The notes: generated by a model not told the origin, from the sequence alone. A DNA stretch of 64,000 nt from Octopus sinensis (GCF_006345805.1 NC_043010.1:68014001-68078000), one strand, 5' to 3'; counted from the stretch's first letter, positions 24,372 through 38,617 are shown. Program-made: numbers and translations.

Positions 24372-24754
24372 GGTGCAAGGTGTGGCTGTGTGATAAGACG
24401 CTTGCTTCTCAGCCACATGGTCCTGGGTTCAGTACCACTGCATGGCACCTTGGGCAAATGTTTTCTGCTATAGCCTCAGGCCAACCCAAAGCCTTGTGGG
24501 TGGATTTGGTAAATGGAAACTGAAAGAAGCCTGTCATATGCATACATGTGTGTGTGTATGTTTGTCTCCCACCAACACTTGACAAGTGGTATTGGAATGT
24601 TTACATCCCCCGTAACTTAGTGATTTGGCAAAAGAGACTGACAGAATAAGTACCAGGGTCACAAAAAAAAAAAGTACTGGGGTTGATTAATTTTCAAGGC
24701 AGTGCCTCAGCATGGCCACAGTCTAATGATTGAAACAAGTAAAAGATAAAAGAT
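24372..24754 (+). mobile_element. SINE A, older and CpG-decayed, head-to-head with the previous copy
   Basis: 'gtggctgtgtgataag...ggttcagtacc...tgaaacaagtaaaagataaaag'. Confidence 0.85.
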
Positions 24755-25371
24755 ATTCACCATATATGCAGAGAAATACATTTACACACATACATCATCA
24801 TCATCGCCATGTGTCTGTTTTCCATGCTGGCATGGGTTGGTTAGTCCAAGACGATTCTTCTTTAGAATTACTGTACTTCTATATGCGTCAAAGGACTTTA
24901 TATAATTTGGTCCTCCTACTTTTGACAAGGTTTCTATAGATTGATGCCCTTCTAAACACCAGCACACTTTATAGAGTGTGCTGGGTGCATTTTCTTATGG
25001 CCCTGACGCTAGAAAGGCTGTCATGTTCTGTTCAGACTAATGAGCCATATCGATTCTATGTTGCTTCCAGTTGATTTGCCAACCAATTTACATGTACTTT
25101 TACTTTCATTTTCAGTCATTAGACTGTGGCAATGCTGGAGCACTGCGTTTGGGGTTTAGTTATACAAGCCATGTGCAAAATGAGCTACCAACACTCTAAT
25201 GAATTGCCTTGTATTTCTGAAAACTCAAGATTTCCCATGGCCTTGATTGGGGAAAATGGAAAGGCGGGTTGGTGATGTAAGCTGAGCTTAAAATCATCAA
25301 AGAGTTAAGAGGAGTTAAAGCATGATTGGAGAAATAAATTTGTTTTCAGAGAGTGGTAGAGGAGGATATAT

Positions 25372-25450
<79 letters not shown>

Positions 25451-25645
25451 CATACATACATACATATTATGTTAACACATGGAAGATTCAATCATAATGT
25501 AACAATATATTTTAAGTAATGGAATTAGAATATAATTAGTGGTGTAAAATTCAGTCAGATATGCAAAGAAATACATTCGCATATAATTGTATCTACATAG
25601 CAACACGATATATTTCAGATATGATTATTATAATTATTATTAATA

Positions 25646-26715
25646 GGTGGTATGGCGGTGAGCTGGCAGAATTGTTAGCACACTGTACGGAATATTTAGC
25701 AGTATTTCACCCATTGCTATTTTCTTAGTTCAAATTCCTCCGAGGTTGACTTAGCCTTTCATCCTTTCGGGGTTGTGTACTGGAGCCGATGTAATCGGTT
25801 TAATCCCTTCCCCCAAATTTGAGACCTTGTGCTTCCAGTAGAAAGAATTATTAAAAGGTGGTGTGAGCTGGCAGAATTATTAGCAAGCTGGGGAAAAAAA
25901 ATTAGTAACATTTTGTTCCTCTTTACATTCTGAGTTCAAATTCTGTCATGGTTGACTTTGATTTTCGTTGTTTTTGATGTCAATGTATTTGACTTACCCC
26001 TCCCAAGAATTGCTAGCCTTGTTCCAAAATTTGAAATTATTATTATTGAAATAAGTAACAGTGAAACACTGGGGTCGATTTGATCGACTGGCGCTGCCCC
26101 CACCCAATCCAAGTTGGCAAAATTATTAGCAAGTTGGAGAAAGTGCTTCTGGTTTTATATTCTGAGCTCAAATTCTGTGGAGGTCAACTTTGCCTTTTGT
26201 CATTTCAGGGCTCACAAAATAGACACCAGCATTGGGGTTGGTGTAACTGACTTAACCCCCCCCCCCAAAAAAAACCCCTCAGGCCTTGTGCCTATAGCAC
26301 GAATTGTTAGAATGGTGAACTAGCAGAATTGTTACTGTGCCACACAAAATGCTCAGTGGCATTTCTTTTGGCTCTGCATTTTGAGTTCAAATGCCATCAG
26401 GGTCAACTTTGACATTCATCCTTTCAGGGTCAATAAAATAGGTACCAGTTGCACACTGCTGCTGCTGCTGTTGTTGTAATTGACTTCCCTGCCTCTCACT
26501 AAAATTTCAGGCCTTGTACTTGTTAGCTGAATTGTCTGATAAAATGCTTAGCAGCATTTATTTTAGTTTTAGGTTCTGAGTTCAAATTACACCAAGGTTG
26601 ACTTCTACTTTCATCCTCTCAGGGTTGGTAAAATAAGTACCAGCTGAGCACTGGGGTCGATGTTATTGTCTAGCACCCTCCTCCAAAATTTCAGGCCTTG
26701 TTCTTATTGCAGAAA
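25646..26715 (+). mobile_element. Head-to-tail pile-up of about five decayed SINE B copies (short-tail form)
   Basis: Repeated 'gagctggcagaatt...gagttcaaat...ctttcatcc...ggggtcgat...aggccttgt' blocks, all in one orientation. Confidence 0.8.
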
Positions 26716-26745
26716 GGATTTATTAATATTATTTATTAATATTAT

Positions 26746-27156
26746 ATTTCTTTACTACCTACAAGGGGCTAAACATAGAGGGGACAAACAAGGACAGACA
26801 AAGGGATTAAGTTGATTACATCAACCCCAGTGCGAAACTGGTACTTTATTTATCGACCTCGAAAGGATGAAAGGCAAAGTCGACCTCGACGGAATTTGAA
26901 CTCAGAACACAACGACAGAGGAAATACCTATTTCTTTATTACCCACAAGGGGCTAAACATAGAGAGGACAATCAAGGACAGACATAGGTATTAAGTCGAT
27001 TCCATCGACCCCAGTGCGTAACTGGTACTTAATTTATCGACCCCGAAAAGATGAAAGGCAAAGTCGACCTCGGCGGAATTTGAACTCAGAACGTAGAGGC
27101 AGACGAAACACCGCTAAGGATTTCGCCCAGTGTGCTAACGTTTCTGCCAGCTCGCC
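26746..27156 (-). mobile_element. SINE B tandem dimer (long-tail form)
   Basis: Two bodies joined at 'gaaatacctatttctttatt' (about 26921-26940), the same junction type as the 58.3-59.2 kb array. Confidence 0.88.
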
Positions 27157-27536
27157 TATTATTTATTAATATTAGCTGTAGTAGTTAATTGGTGGGACCT
27201 GCAGAAATTACATATTTTACCCAGTTTTGATGCATAAATTTACATATCTGCATAATAACGTTGCTTCATTATGATAACAAGCTAATCACTATATTGATGT
27301 TATTGAAAAATTAGTATTCAGATAACTTACTTAATGAGAGAAAGAGGGTTAGTAATGTTATAAAACATTCTGGTCTTTGCTAGCAGCAAAGAGATCCATT
27401 GGTTTATTGTTGTACTGTTTCAATTCTCAACTTAAATTGGTTGTCTCTTAACAGTAGTGGCAATAATAGACAAAGATGATACAAAAACATATGAAAAAAT
27501 CTCTTAAATACTAACTGTATAAGTGGAGAAATGTTT

Positions 27537-27613
<77 letters not shown>

Positions 27614-28386
27614 CTGTATACATATATCCATAGCAATACAATATCTTTCATATATTGATGGCTTATAATAGCTAGTAAGTTCAAAATATATTCAAATGTT
27701 GACCAACTATGCCGAGAAACTGATATATAAACAAATACACGCACGTGTGCGCACACACATACACACGCGCGCACATACATACATTGGCTGTGTGGTAAAA
27801 AATTTGCTTTTGAACCACATGGTTCTGGGTTCAGTCCCACTGTGTGACACCTTGAGCGAGTGTTGACTTGTGCGTGGATTTGGTAGACAGAAACTGAAAG
27901 AAGCCCATCATATGTGTGTGTGTATATACGTGTATGTTTGTGTCTTTGTTTCTCACCACTGCTTGATAACCAGTGTTGGTGTGTTTATGTCCCTGTAACT
28001 TAATAGTCCAGTAAAAGAGACTCATAAAATAACAGGCTTTAAAAAAAAGTACTGTGTGGCATCTTGGGCAAGTGTCATTTGCTATAGCCTTAAGTCAAAC
28101 GAAGCCTTGTGTGGATATAGTAGAGGGGAAACTGAAAGAAGCCTCTGTGCGTGTCTTTGTGTTTTGTCCCTCACCATCACTTTACATCTGGTGTTGGTGT
28201 GTTTACATCCCTGTAACTTAGTGGTTTGATAAAAAAAAGTACTGGGGTCAGTTCATTTGACTAAAATTCAAAGCAGTGTTCCAGCATGGCCACAGCCTAA
28301 TTCCTGAAACAAGTAAAACACACACACACACACACACACAGCATCTTTCAGATATTGGTGATTTGTATAATTAGTTGTGCAAAATT

Positions 28387-28726
28387 CGTGGCACCTTGGG
28401 CAAGTGTCTTCTACTATAGCTTCGGCCGACCAAAGCCTCGTGAGTGGATTTGGTAGACGGAAACTGAAAGAAGCCCGTCGTATATATGTATATATATATG
28501 TATATGTGTGTGTGTGCGTGTATGTCTGTGTGTCTGTGTTTGTCCCCCTAGCATTGCTTGACAACCGATGCTGGTGTGTTTATGTCCCCGTCACTTAGCG
28601 GTTCGGCAAAAGAGACCGATAGAATAAGTACTGGGCTTGCAAAGAATAAGTCCCGGGGTCGATTTGCTCGACTAAAGGCGGTGCTCCAGCATGGCCGCAG
28701 TCAAAATGACTGAAACAAGTCAAAAG
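28387..28726 (+). mobile_element. SINE A, 5'-truncated and young
   Basis: Starts at the CORE-like 'gtggcaccttgggcaagtgtc' and runs to 'tgactgaaacaagt'. Confidence 0.9.
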
Positions 28727-29249
28727 AAAAAGGAAAGAAAAATAAAGATATACTTGCTACATATTAAACGACAAAGATGAGTCATTTAAAAAAAAAAAAT
28801 ATTCCATTTTCAATGATGCAGTTTTGTGAACAATGACATCATTGGTTAGAGAGGTTTCCAGTGACCCAATCACTGGTTCACCGCATTTCTGATGGCAATA
28901 GTGACAAGGCAGTGTTAGCAAGTTGGGCGGAGGATTTTTAATATAACACACTGGTTTATTGGCTTTCTAGCTGATGCGTGCGAATAAATGAATAAATATG
29001 TTTGTGTGTGTATATACATATATATATATATATATATGTGTGTATATATATATGTATAATCACATGATGTCAAGACAAGGAGACACAGACTCTCATACCA
29101 CACATGTGTACACACACATATGCATACATGTGTGTGTGTAATTTTGCATGTATATGTATGTATATATGTCTATATAATTGTGTGTATATGTATGTATATG
29201 TGTGTGTATGTGTCTGTATATAATTGTGTGTATATGTATGAATATGTGT

Positions 29250-29530
29250 GTATATAATTATGCATGTATATGTATATATTTGTGCCTGTGTATAATTATG
29301 CAAGTATATGTATATATTTGTGCCTGTGTATAATTATGCAAGTATATGTATATATTTGTGCGTGTGTATAATTATGTGTGTATATGTATATATTTGTGCC
29401 TGTGTATAATTATGTGTGTATATGTATATATTTGTGCCTGTGTATAATTATGCGTGTATATGTATATATTTGTGCCTGTGTATAATTATGCGTGTATATG
29501 TATATATTTGTGCGTGTGTATAATTATGCA
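29250..29530. repeat. 38-bp higher-order repeat derived from a TA/TG microsatellite, about seven units
   Basis: 'tatatgtatatatttgtgcctgtgtataattatgc' recurs; anchors 29281 and 29319. Confidence 0.85.
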
Positions 29531-30537
29531 TGTATATGTGTATATATGTGTGTGTATAATTATGCATCTGTCTATGTGTGTGTATATAATTGTGTGTATG
29601 TACATATATATGTATACAGTTAAAAACGTATGCATATCTATCATAAGCTTGGGTCTTAAATTGTCTTAAAATCCCACATTTTGCATGAGACAGTTTTGTG
29701 TGTGTATGTGTGTGTGAAATCTCACATCTTACTTGAAAACTGGTTATCATTAGGGGACAGGAAGGGCATCTGGCTGAAGTAGGCAGTACCTCAACATGTT
29801 CAGTCTAACCCATGAAAACATGGGAAAATGGATGTTAAATGATGATGATGATGATGATGATGAATCCAAGATATTAATTTCATTCTATATAGGTGCATGC
29901 ATTGCTGTGCAACGGAAAAAGTTCACTTCCCAAACACATAGTGGGTTCAGTCCCACCCTGCAGCACCTTGAGCCTTGGGCAAGTGTATTTTACTGTAACA
30001 CCAGGCTGGCCCAAAACCTTGTTTGTGGATTTGGCAGATAGAAACTGAAAGAAGCTTATGCATTGTGTGTGTGCATGTATCTTGCCTTGACATTGCATGA
30101 TAGTTGAGAGTGAGTGCTGTTGTCATTGATAATTCTTCCTTCCAGAAATAGGAAACATCATTCTTGGCAATAGGTGAGGGTTGTTGACAGGAAGGGCATC
30201 TGGTTGTTTGAAAGTCTGTACTGTTGAAAATCTCTTTCATTTGCTTCTCATATATTTTATGTTAACACTATGCGTCTATCAAAGATGCCTTCTTGAGATG
30301 AATACCGTACTTCATCAAGATTTCCTAGGACATACGACATACGTAAGGCCATTTTGAACAACTACTGTTTCGGTTGCTTATAAATAAATTTGTGTTTGTG
30401 TGTGTGTACAGATAAATGTTGAGTGGACAATAGCCAGAAAAATGATACCTGATGATGACCAGAGACGTTGACCACGTGTGTATCGTTGGCGATTTTCTTC
30501 CTCCGTCTTCCCTTCCTTGGACCTTTCCTTTTTCTAT

Positions 30538-30572
30538 GTTTCTGACGAAGAGCTCTGCTCGAAACATTAAAT
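30538..30572 (+). ncRNA. Decayed minimal type I hammerhead ribozyme motif in a probable Penelope-like fragment (about 30455-30660)
   Basis: gttt-CTGACGA-A-GAGC tct GCTC-GAAA-CATT-aaat. Core with one extra A and a 4-bp stem II; stem III reads CATT where CGTT would pair (CpG decay). Confidence 0.5.
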
Positions 30573-30851
30573 CCTCCTTCTTTTTTTCCTTTCCTGAGCG
30601 TCCAATAATACTATACTTGTTCCACGTCCTCGTGTTGTGTTTTATGTTTGGATTAACTATATATGTATATATATGTGTGTGTGTGTGTGTGTATGTGTGT
30701 GTGTGTATATATATATGTGTGTGTGTATATATATATGTGTGTGTGTGTATATATATATGTGTGTGTGTGTATGTGTGTGTGTGTATATGTGTGTGTGTGT
30801 ATATATATATATGTGTGTGTATATATATGTGTGTGTGTATATATATATATA

Positions 30852-30890
<39 letters not shown>

Positions 30891-31310
30891 CCCACACACT
30901 CTCACACACATTCATAAGCACCCTAAATTATTTTAATTACGAGGTTAATTAATTATCTCGGAAAGTTTTAATCTGAGAACACAATTAGAAAAAATACTTC
31001 TTTTAGTTTTTATTTTTATTTTTTCACGCATGAACTTTTGGGTTAATGTGGTATATATGACAGGTGGGTGGGTGGGTGGGTGGATGACAAATATTTGCTT
31101 TACCAATTAGGTAATGGGACAGGAGGGTGGATATGCATGGAATATAGGTCTATATTATTGTTGCTGTCAGTATGGCAGTGAAGAGTTGAATTAGTGAAAT
31201 GCCAGGCTAAATACCAAAGTCTCATTATATTCCAGTTTCAAATAAACTGTGTACCAGTCATTTATTGTGGGTCATTTAATCAGCTAGCTTTTTATATATT
31301 TCTACATACG

Positions 31311-31344
<34 letters not shown>

Positions 31345-31475
31345 ATATATATGCATAACATATATTTAAATATATGTATATACATGTATAAATATATGTT
31401 CCAGCATGGCCACAGCTCATAAGCTGAAACTGGAAAAATCAAAATCAAAATCATACACATACATATATATATATA

Positions 31476-31830
31476 GGCGCAGGAGTGGCTGTGTGGTAAG
31501 TTCAGTCCCACTGCATGGCACCTTGGGCATGCAGTGTCTTCTACTATAGCCTCACCCGACCAAATCCTTGTGAGTGGATTTGGTAGATGGAAACTGAAAG
31601 AAGCCCGTCGTATATATACATATATATGTATGTATGTGTGTGTGTGTCCTCCTCTCCCCAACATCGCTTGACAACCGATGCTGGTGTGTTTATGTCCCTG
31701 TAACTTAGCAGTTTGGCAAAAGGGACCAATAGAATAACTACTAGGCTTACAAAGAATAAGTCCTGGGGTCAATTTGCTTGACTAAAGGCAGTGCTCCAGC
31801 ATGCTCAGTCAAAATGATTGAAACAAAGAA
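31476..31830 (+). mobile_element. SINE A with a deletion in the head
   Basis: 'ggcgcaggagtggctgtgtggtaag|ttcagtccc' joined directly; normal 3' half. Confidence 0.88.
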
Positions 31831-31831
31831 T

Positions 31832-31849
31832 ATAATATGTTCATATATT

Positions 31850-31898
<49 letters not shown>

Positions 31899-32121
31899 AT
31901 ATATATACATATGTCAATATATATATATATATATATATATATGAACATATGTATATAGATATATATATATATATATATGAACTATGTATATTCTTTTGTT
32001 TCAATCATTTGTTCTCACGTGACCGCATATGTTCATATATATATATATACATATGTTCATATATATATATATATATACATATGTTCATATATATATATAT
32101 ATAACATAGGTTCATATATAG

Positions 32122-32153
<32 letters not shown>

Positions 32154-32276
32154 TACATATGTTTATATATATTATTACATATGTTCATATATAGTTTATA
32201 TATAATATACATATGTTCATATAGATATATATATATAATATATATATTATATATATATTATATATATATACATATG

Positions 32277-32321
<45 letters not shown>

Positions 32322-32327
32322 TACATA

Positions 32328-32375
<48 letters not shown>

Positions 32376-32642
32376 ACATATGTTCATATATATATATATT
32401 AATATAATATATACATATGTTCATATATATATATAGTATATATATATTATATATATATATATAAATAATAAATATTAGGGAATAAATCCAAATATATATA
32501 TATATATATATATATAAAATAATAAATATTAGGGAATAAATCCAAATATATATATAATATATATATCTATATATATATAAATAATAAATATTAGGGAATA
32601 AATCCAAATATATATATATATATATATATATAACATATGTTC

Positions 32643-32681
<39 letters not shown>

Positions 32682-32790
32682 TATAAATAATAAATATTAG
32701 GGAATAAATCCAAATATATATATATATAATATATATATATACAACACATATACACATATATAAAACATACATATACACACACACGTGTTT
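31832..32790. repeat. About 950-bp (TA)n-rich tract with recurring 'acatatgttc' and four copies of 'aataaatattagggaataaatccaaat'
   Basis: Read directly. Confidence 0.92.
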
Positions 32791-33146
32791 GTTCCCCACC
32801 CTCTTGGCTGGACATCTAGTATTGGTTCATTACATCCCTATAACATAGTTGTTAGGCAGAAGAGAACTACAGAATAAAATATATGTTTTCACTGGGGAAA
32901 ACAAAAGCAACTTATCAGATTTTCATTCTAGTGTTGTTATCAGGTCCTCATCAATAAGGACTTCAGAGTTATTGGTCAGATAATTAAGGTTCACCATGGC
33001 TACCCTGCTATTAGATTGAAGTGTGTGGTGTGTGTGTGTGTCTTTGCCTTGACATCACCTGATAGTTGAAAGTGAGTGCTGCTGTCATGCAAGTAGCTGC
33101 TACATTGAACAGAAGGAAGGTTCTGGTGTATATATATATATACACA

Positions 33147-33429
33147 CCAGCGCTCGACCTTTATTCTCTAGAAAAACGCCGCCGCTGTGGTGATCTCATT
33201 CTTGCTCACAACATCATAAGCGGAAAGTGTAACCTCTCGAAAGAGCTGTTCTTTACTTCTGCTCCAGAGCGTCGGATGCGGGGTCACTCCGAAAAGCTCT
33301 ATCTGCGACGATTTCATCTCATTCGAAGGAGAGGGGCTTTCTCCATCCGGGTTGTGGATCCATGGAATCAGCTGCCGGACAAGACAGTGAAGATGCCGAC
33401 AACCGCTCGGTTCAAAGTCTCCCTTGACC
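33147..33429 (+). mobile_element. CR1-clade LINE internal 3' fragment, same family as 6877-7185
   Basis: PALDLYSLEKRRRCGDLILAHNIISGKCNLSKELFFTSAPERRMRGHSEKLYLRRF...WNQLP...FKVSLD, with the L.SLE.RR.RGDLI motif of CR1 ORF2. Truncated at both ends. Confidence 0.88.
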
Positions 33430-33700
33430 GTGTGTTGTGTTCTTCAGCAAGTCACTTCATTTCATGTTGTTCCAGTTCACTCAACCGTAGAAATGAGTTG
33501 CGACATGATTGGTGCCAAGCTGTACTGATGTTTGGCTTTCCCGTGGACAATGTAGGTGGCATGGAGCAGAGAGACTGGTATGCATGGACGACTGTTGGAC
33601 TTCCATAAACAACCTTGCTCAGACTTGTGCTTCTGAGGGTAACTTTCTAGTTGCAATCCCATGGTCATTCATTACTGAAGGAGGTCTTTATCCATTTAAA
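33430..33700 (-). mobile_element. SINE-like repeat family E
   Basis: Reverse of 'tcatgaatgaccatgggattgca...agaaagttaccctc...gcacaagtc...ttggcaccaatc'; homologous to 38905-39112 and 50993-51262. Confidence 0.8.
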
Positions 33701-34629
33701 AAAAAAAAATCCATGCTGATATCCAATTGGCAGCCGACTAGGGAAGTTCCCTAGTTATGCTAATGTTTCCTAGGTTCTCATGTTACTGTCTCTGCTTGTT
33801 GTGATTGTCAGATTGACTTATTTAGGATAGTACAGGTTTGCCATTATCAATAGTAGCCCAATTGCAATAAAGGAACACTGCATGCTTGTTTAACCTATTA
33901 AAAATTGCAGCCAAATCTCCCTCAGATCACTTAGTAATGTCATAAAAGGACTCATTAGATAATGGTAGATTTGGATCTTGCATCTTTTATCTTCCATGTG
34001 TTTCAGTCATTAGAATGTGGCCATGCTGGGGCTCTGCCTTGAAGGGTTTAGTTAAACAAATCAACTCCTACTTTTTTTTTTTTCCTAAGCTTGATACTTA
34101 CTCTGTTGGTCTGTTTTGCTGAACAGCTAGGTTATAAGGATGTAAACAAACCAACACTGGTTGTCAGGACAAAGACACATACACACACGCACACACTCTC
34201 ATGCTCACACATAGATATATATGTATGTGTTTGATAAGCTTCTTTCAGTTCCTATCTACCAAATCCATTCTCAAGGCTTTGGTTGGCCCAGAGCTTTCGT
34301 AGGAGAGAGACTTGCTGAAGATGCCAGTCAGTGGGCCTGAACCCAGAAACATGCATTTGGGAAACAAGCTTCTTACCATACAGCCACCACTATAGATGTA
34401 CAGAAAAAAAGAAAAAGAAAAATGTTTGCCATATGTCGTGTGTGCGTTTTCTTGTTTTACTTATTACTGTGTGGCCATGCTGGGGCTCTGCCATGAAGTT
34501 CTGTCAAGCAAATCAACCCCAGTACTTAAGTTTTCAAAGCCTGGTACTCATTTGCCAAGTTACAGAGATGTAAACACACCAACGCTAGTTGTGAAGCGGT
34601 GGTGGGAGACACACACGCGCTCACACAGA

Positions 34630-34689
<60 letters not shown>

Positions 34690-34878
34690 ACACACACACA
34701 CACACACACACACTGGCTTCTTTCAGTTTCTGCTTACCAAATCCACTCACAAGGCTTTTTGTAAGCTTGAATCTGTAGTAGAAGACACATGCCCAAGGTG
34801 CCCTGGCATGGGACTGAACCTAGAACCATGTAGTTGGGAAGCAAACTTCTTACCACACAGCCACACCTGCACCTATAC

Positions 34879-34930
<52 letters not shown>

Positions 34931-35104
34931 GTATGTATGTATATGTCTATGTATACACATACAAAATTCTATAATTATAAGCATAATTTATAATTACAGA
35001 ATTTTTGTATAAGGTTACCGGTAATGGTTCTTTTAACGTATCGAACTACTTGGTAAAACTATTAATTGATTAGTTAATTTTATCCTTTATTATTATTGAT
35101 ATGT

Positions 35105-35358
35105 ATGTGCTGGTGGCATGTATAAAAGCACCATTCAAGCGTGGTCGATGCCAGTACTGTCTGACCGGCCCTCGTGCTGGTGGCATGTGCAAGGAACACC
35201 GACTACATGCTCAGAGTGGTTGGTGTTAGGAAGGGCATCCAGATGTAGAAACCTTGCCATATCAGATTGGAGCTTGATGCAGCCTTCTAGCTTGCCAGTC
35301 CTTGGTCAGATCATCCAACCCATGCCATCATGGAAAGCGGGCATTAAACAATGATAAT
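35105..35358 (+). mobile_element. SINE family D
   Basis: 'gtgctggtggca...gagtggttggtgttaggaagggcatccag...catggaaagcgggcattaaacaatgataatg'. Confidence 0.82.
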
Positions 35359-35656
35359 GACATGCACACACACACACACACGTATTAGAGAGAAAGATAT
35401 TAGTCAATGTTGACTTGGAACTAAATAACAACTGCAGTCATTAGCATCAACAAAAACAGATGTGGTGGTGGTGTTGGTAGTGGTGGTAGTGGTGTTGGTG
35501 TTGGTGGTGGTGGTGTAAGAAATCAAAAACCAACAAAACCATGACAGATGAAAATAGATCTGAAGACTTGAACTGTTGATTCTCCTGCTGCGAAAGGATT
35601 ACTACTTTGGTTTTTGTGGTAGAAATGGTGGTGGTGGGAGTAGTAGCAGTCATTGT

Positions 35657-35691
<35 letters not shown>

Positions 35692-36761
35692 ATATATATG
35701 TACAGACATGGTGGTAGTAAGAATGTGTAGTGTAAGTGGTGGCAGTTGGAGTGTGTGTGTGTGTGTGTGATGAACATGGTGGTTCTGGTGGTAGCTAGGT
35801 GTGTATGGAGTAGTGGTGAGGTGTGTGTGTAGTTGAGTGGTGATGATGTAAACTTTTGTATAGGCATGTGTGCATTGTGGTGATGGCAGATGTGTGTGTG
35901 TGTGTGTGGTGTCAATGGTAATGGTGTTAGTGGCAGGATGTGTGTGCGTAGAGGGTACGGTGGTGGTAAACTAATCTGTGTGAGAATGGTGGCTTGGTGG
36001 TGGTGGTGATGGTGGGTGGTAAGTATCATCATCTAATTAATGGCTGTTTTCCAGGCTGGCATTGGTTGGATGGTTGGTTTGAAGAGAGCTGGTGAACCAG
36101 AGAACCATGCCAAGCTCCAATGTCTGCCTTGGTATGGTTTTCTACATATGGATGCCCTTTCTAATGTTAAAAACTTGGCAGAATGTATTGGGTGTATGTG
36201 TGTGTATATATATATATATATATACGTGTTTCAGTCATTAGACTAGCCATGCTGGTGCACTGCTTTGAAGAATTTTAGTTGAATGAATCAACCCACGAGC
36301 ATATGGCATAATGGTTATGAGTGTGGGCTACTAACCCCAGATTCCATGTTCGATTCCAAGCAGTGACTTGAATAATAACAATAATAATAATAATAATAAT
36401 AACAATGATAATAATATCAAACAATGCCTTAGGAATGAGAACCCAGGTTTGAAATTTTCCCAAGACACCTGATTAAGGCTGGCGGGTATATCAGCTGAAA
36501 TGTGTTAACAACAAACAAGATGAGGACAAATATCCGTCTAATGTAAAAAATGTACCAAGTACTTTTTGTTTTATTCTTTCAAACCTGATTCTATTGGTCT
36601 CTTTTACTGGTCCATTAATTTACAGGGATATAAACACACCAACATCAATTGTTAAGTGATGGTGTGGGGCAAACACACACACACATGACAGGCTTCTTTC
36701 AGTTTCCATCTACCAAATCCACTCACAAGGCTTTGGTCAGCCTGAGGCTATAGTAGAAGAC

Positions 36762-36995
36762 ATAATACGGTGAGCTGGCAGAAACGTTAGGATGCCGGGC
36801 GAAATGCGTAGCCGTATTTCGTCTGTCGTTACGTTCCGAGATCAAATTCCGCCGAGGTCGACTTTGCTTTCATCCTTTCAGGGTCGATAAATTAAGTACC
36901 AGTTGCGCACTGGGGTCGATGTAATCGACTTAATACCTTTGTCTGTCCTTGTTTGTTCCCTCTATGTTTAGCCCCTTGTGGGTAGTAAAGAAATA
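36762..36995 (+). mobile_element. SINE B inserted into a SINE A with a 13-bp target-site duplication
   Basis: 'tatagtagaagac' at 36749-36761 and 36996-37008 flanks a complete B copy. Confidence 0.9.
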
Positions 36996-37048
36996 TATAG
37001 TAGAAGACGCCCAAGAACAATGGGGTTGGGAAGAAAGCTTTATGTATA

Positions 37049-37452
37049 TACTCTTTTACTCTTTTACTTGTTTCAGTCATTTGACTGCGGCCATGCTGGA
37101 GCACCGCCTTTTAATCGAGCAAATCGACCCCGGGACTTATTCTTTTGTAAGCCCAGTACTTATTCTATCGGTCTCTTTTGCCGAACCGCTAAATAATGGG
37201 GACATAAACACACCAGCATCGGTTGTCAAGCAATGCTAGGGGGACAAACACAGACACACAGACACAGACACGCATATATATATATACATATATACGACAG
37301 GCTTCTTTCAGTTTCCGTCTACCAAATCCACTCACAAGGATTTGGTCGGCCCGAGGCTATAGTAGAAGACACTTGCCCAAGGTGCCATGCAGTGGGACTG
37401 AACCCGGAACCATGTGGTTGGTAAACAAGCTACTTACCACACAGCCACTCCT
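37049..37452 (-). mobile_element. SINE A, full length and young
   Basis: Complete reverse copy, nearly identical to 23921-24330. Confidence 0.92.
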
Positions 37453-38304
37453 ACATTTTTTTAATATTATTTTATATTTATTTTTTTCTATTATTTTGTC
37501 TTCTACCATAGCCTGCGATTGTATTAGACAAGGAGTCACACAGTAGGACTGAACCCAAGACCAAGTGGTTGGGAAGCAAACTTCTTAACCACATCGCCAC
37601 ACCTGCATCTATCGCTGCCCCCTCCACCAAAAAAAAGCAAAACGAAAATCTAAACAGAAATTAAATTTAAAAAGAAAGGCTCACAGCAAACAGTGCAGTT
37701 TTAGATCAGTATCTCTTAACTAAGTGGAGCTTAGACTCTTGGGAGGAATTTCTTGTCCAGAGAGAGGAATTGTGAAATAAATGTTCTCTTGATGCTTGGT
37801 AGTATGTTGGTAGTTGTGATCGGGGTGGGACATGGGTGGAGGGCTGTGAGATAATTCTCCGGATTTACTCATTTAGTGCAATAATATTTGTTCTAGTTTG
37901 GAACTTCATGACTTCCTCTGTTTTCCTCTCTCTTTCTTTCTCTCAATCTAGCTCCCCTTTATTTTCCTCTTACTCTCTCTCTCTTTCCATCTCTGTTCTT
38001 CCATCTCTTTTTCTCACTTCCTTTTTTTTCTTTTTTTTATCTCTATCATCCTTTCACCACCCTTTTCTCCACCTTTTAAACAGTCTGGCTGTTTTGTTTT
38101 TTTCCTTATTCTAGCAAGGAACATGGGATGTTTTTTTTTTTTGCATTGGGGGGTAGTGGTGATTTGTATATGTATGTAGATATATGTACTAATGGGGGTA
38201 GTGTGGCAGAAAGAAGACCCTCTCCCCTCCACATATATACACACACACATAAACTAGATTTTGACCTGGTACTTCCCCCCACCCTTCTTTAACATAGTTC
38301 TTCT

Positions 38305-38350
<46 letters not shown>

Positions 38351-38617
38351 GTATATATATGTATGTGTGTGTGTGTATTGTATTTTATGAACCTTTTATA
38401 CTTTCTACTATTGGTGGTTGTTCTATTTGTGTGTCTGTGTAGGGGTGATGGTGAGGATGGGAGATTTTGGTGGGAGCATGCAATGTGACTAAAATCTCTC
38501 TAGCAATATCCTGGGAATAACTAGATTGGTTAAGAAAACAGATTATATCTCTCTCTGTCAGTGGTAAAAAAACAAAACTATGCTCACGCTAACGCCAAAG
38601 TATTTTTGTTTAAATGC

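Noticed and set aside
33123-33150. CTGGTGT-(TA)n-ACACCAG hairpin at the 5' junction of the CR1 fragment, suggesting a twin-priming inversion
   Set aside because: Only a 7-bp stem around a self-complementary microsatellite; too short to distinguish from chance.
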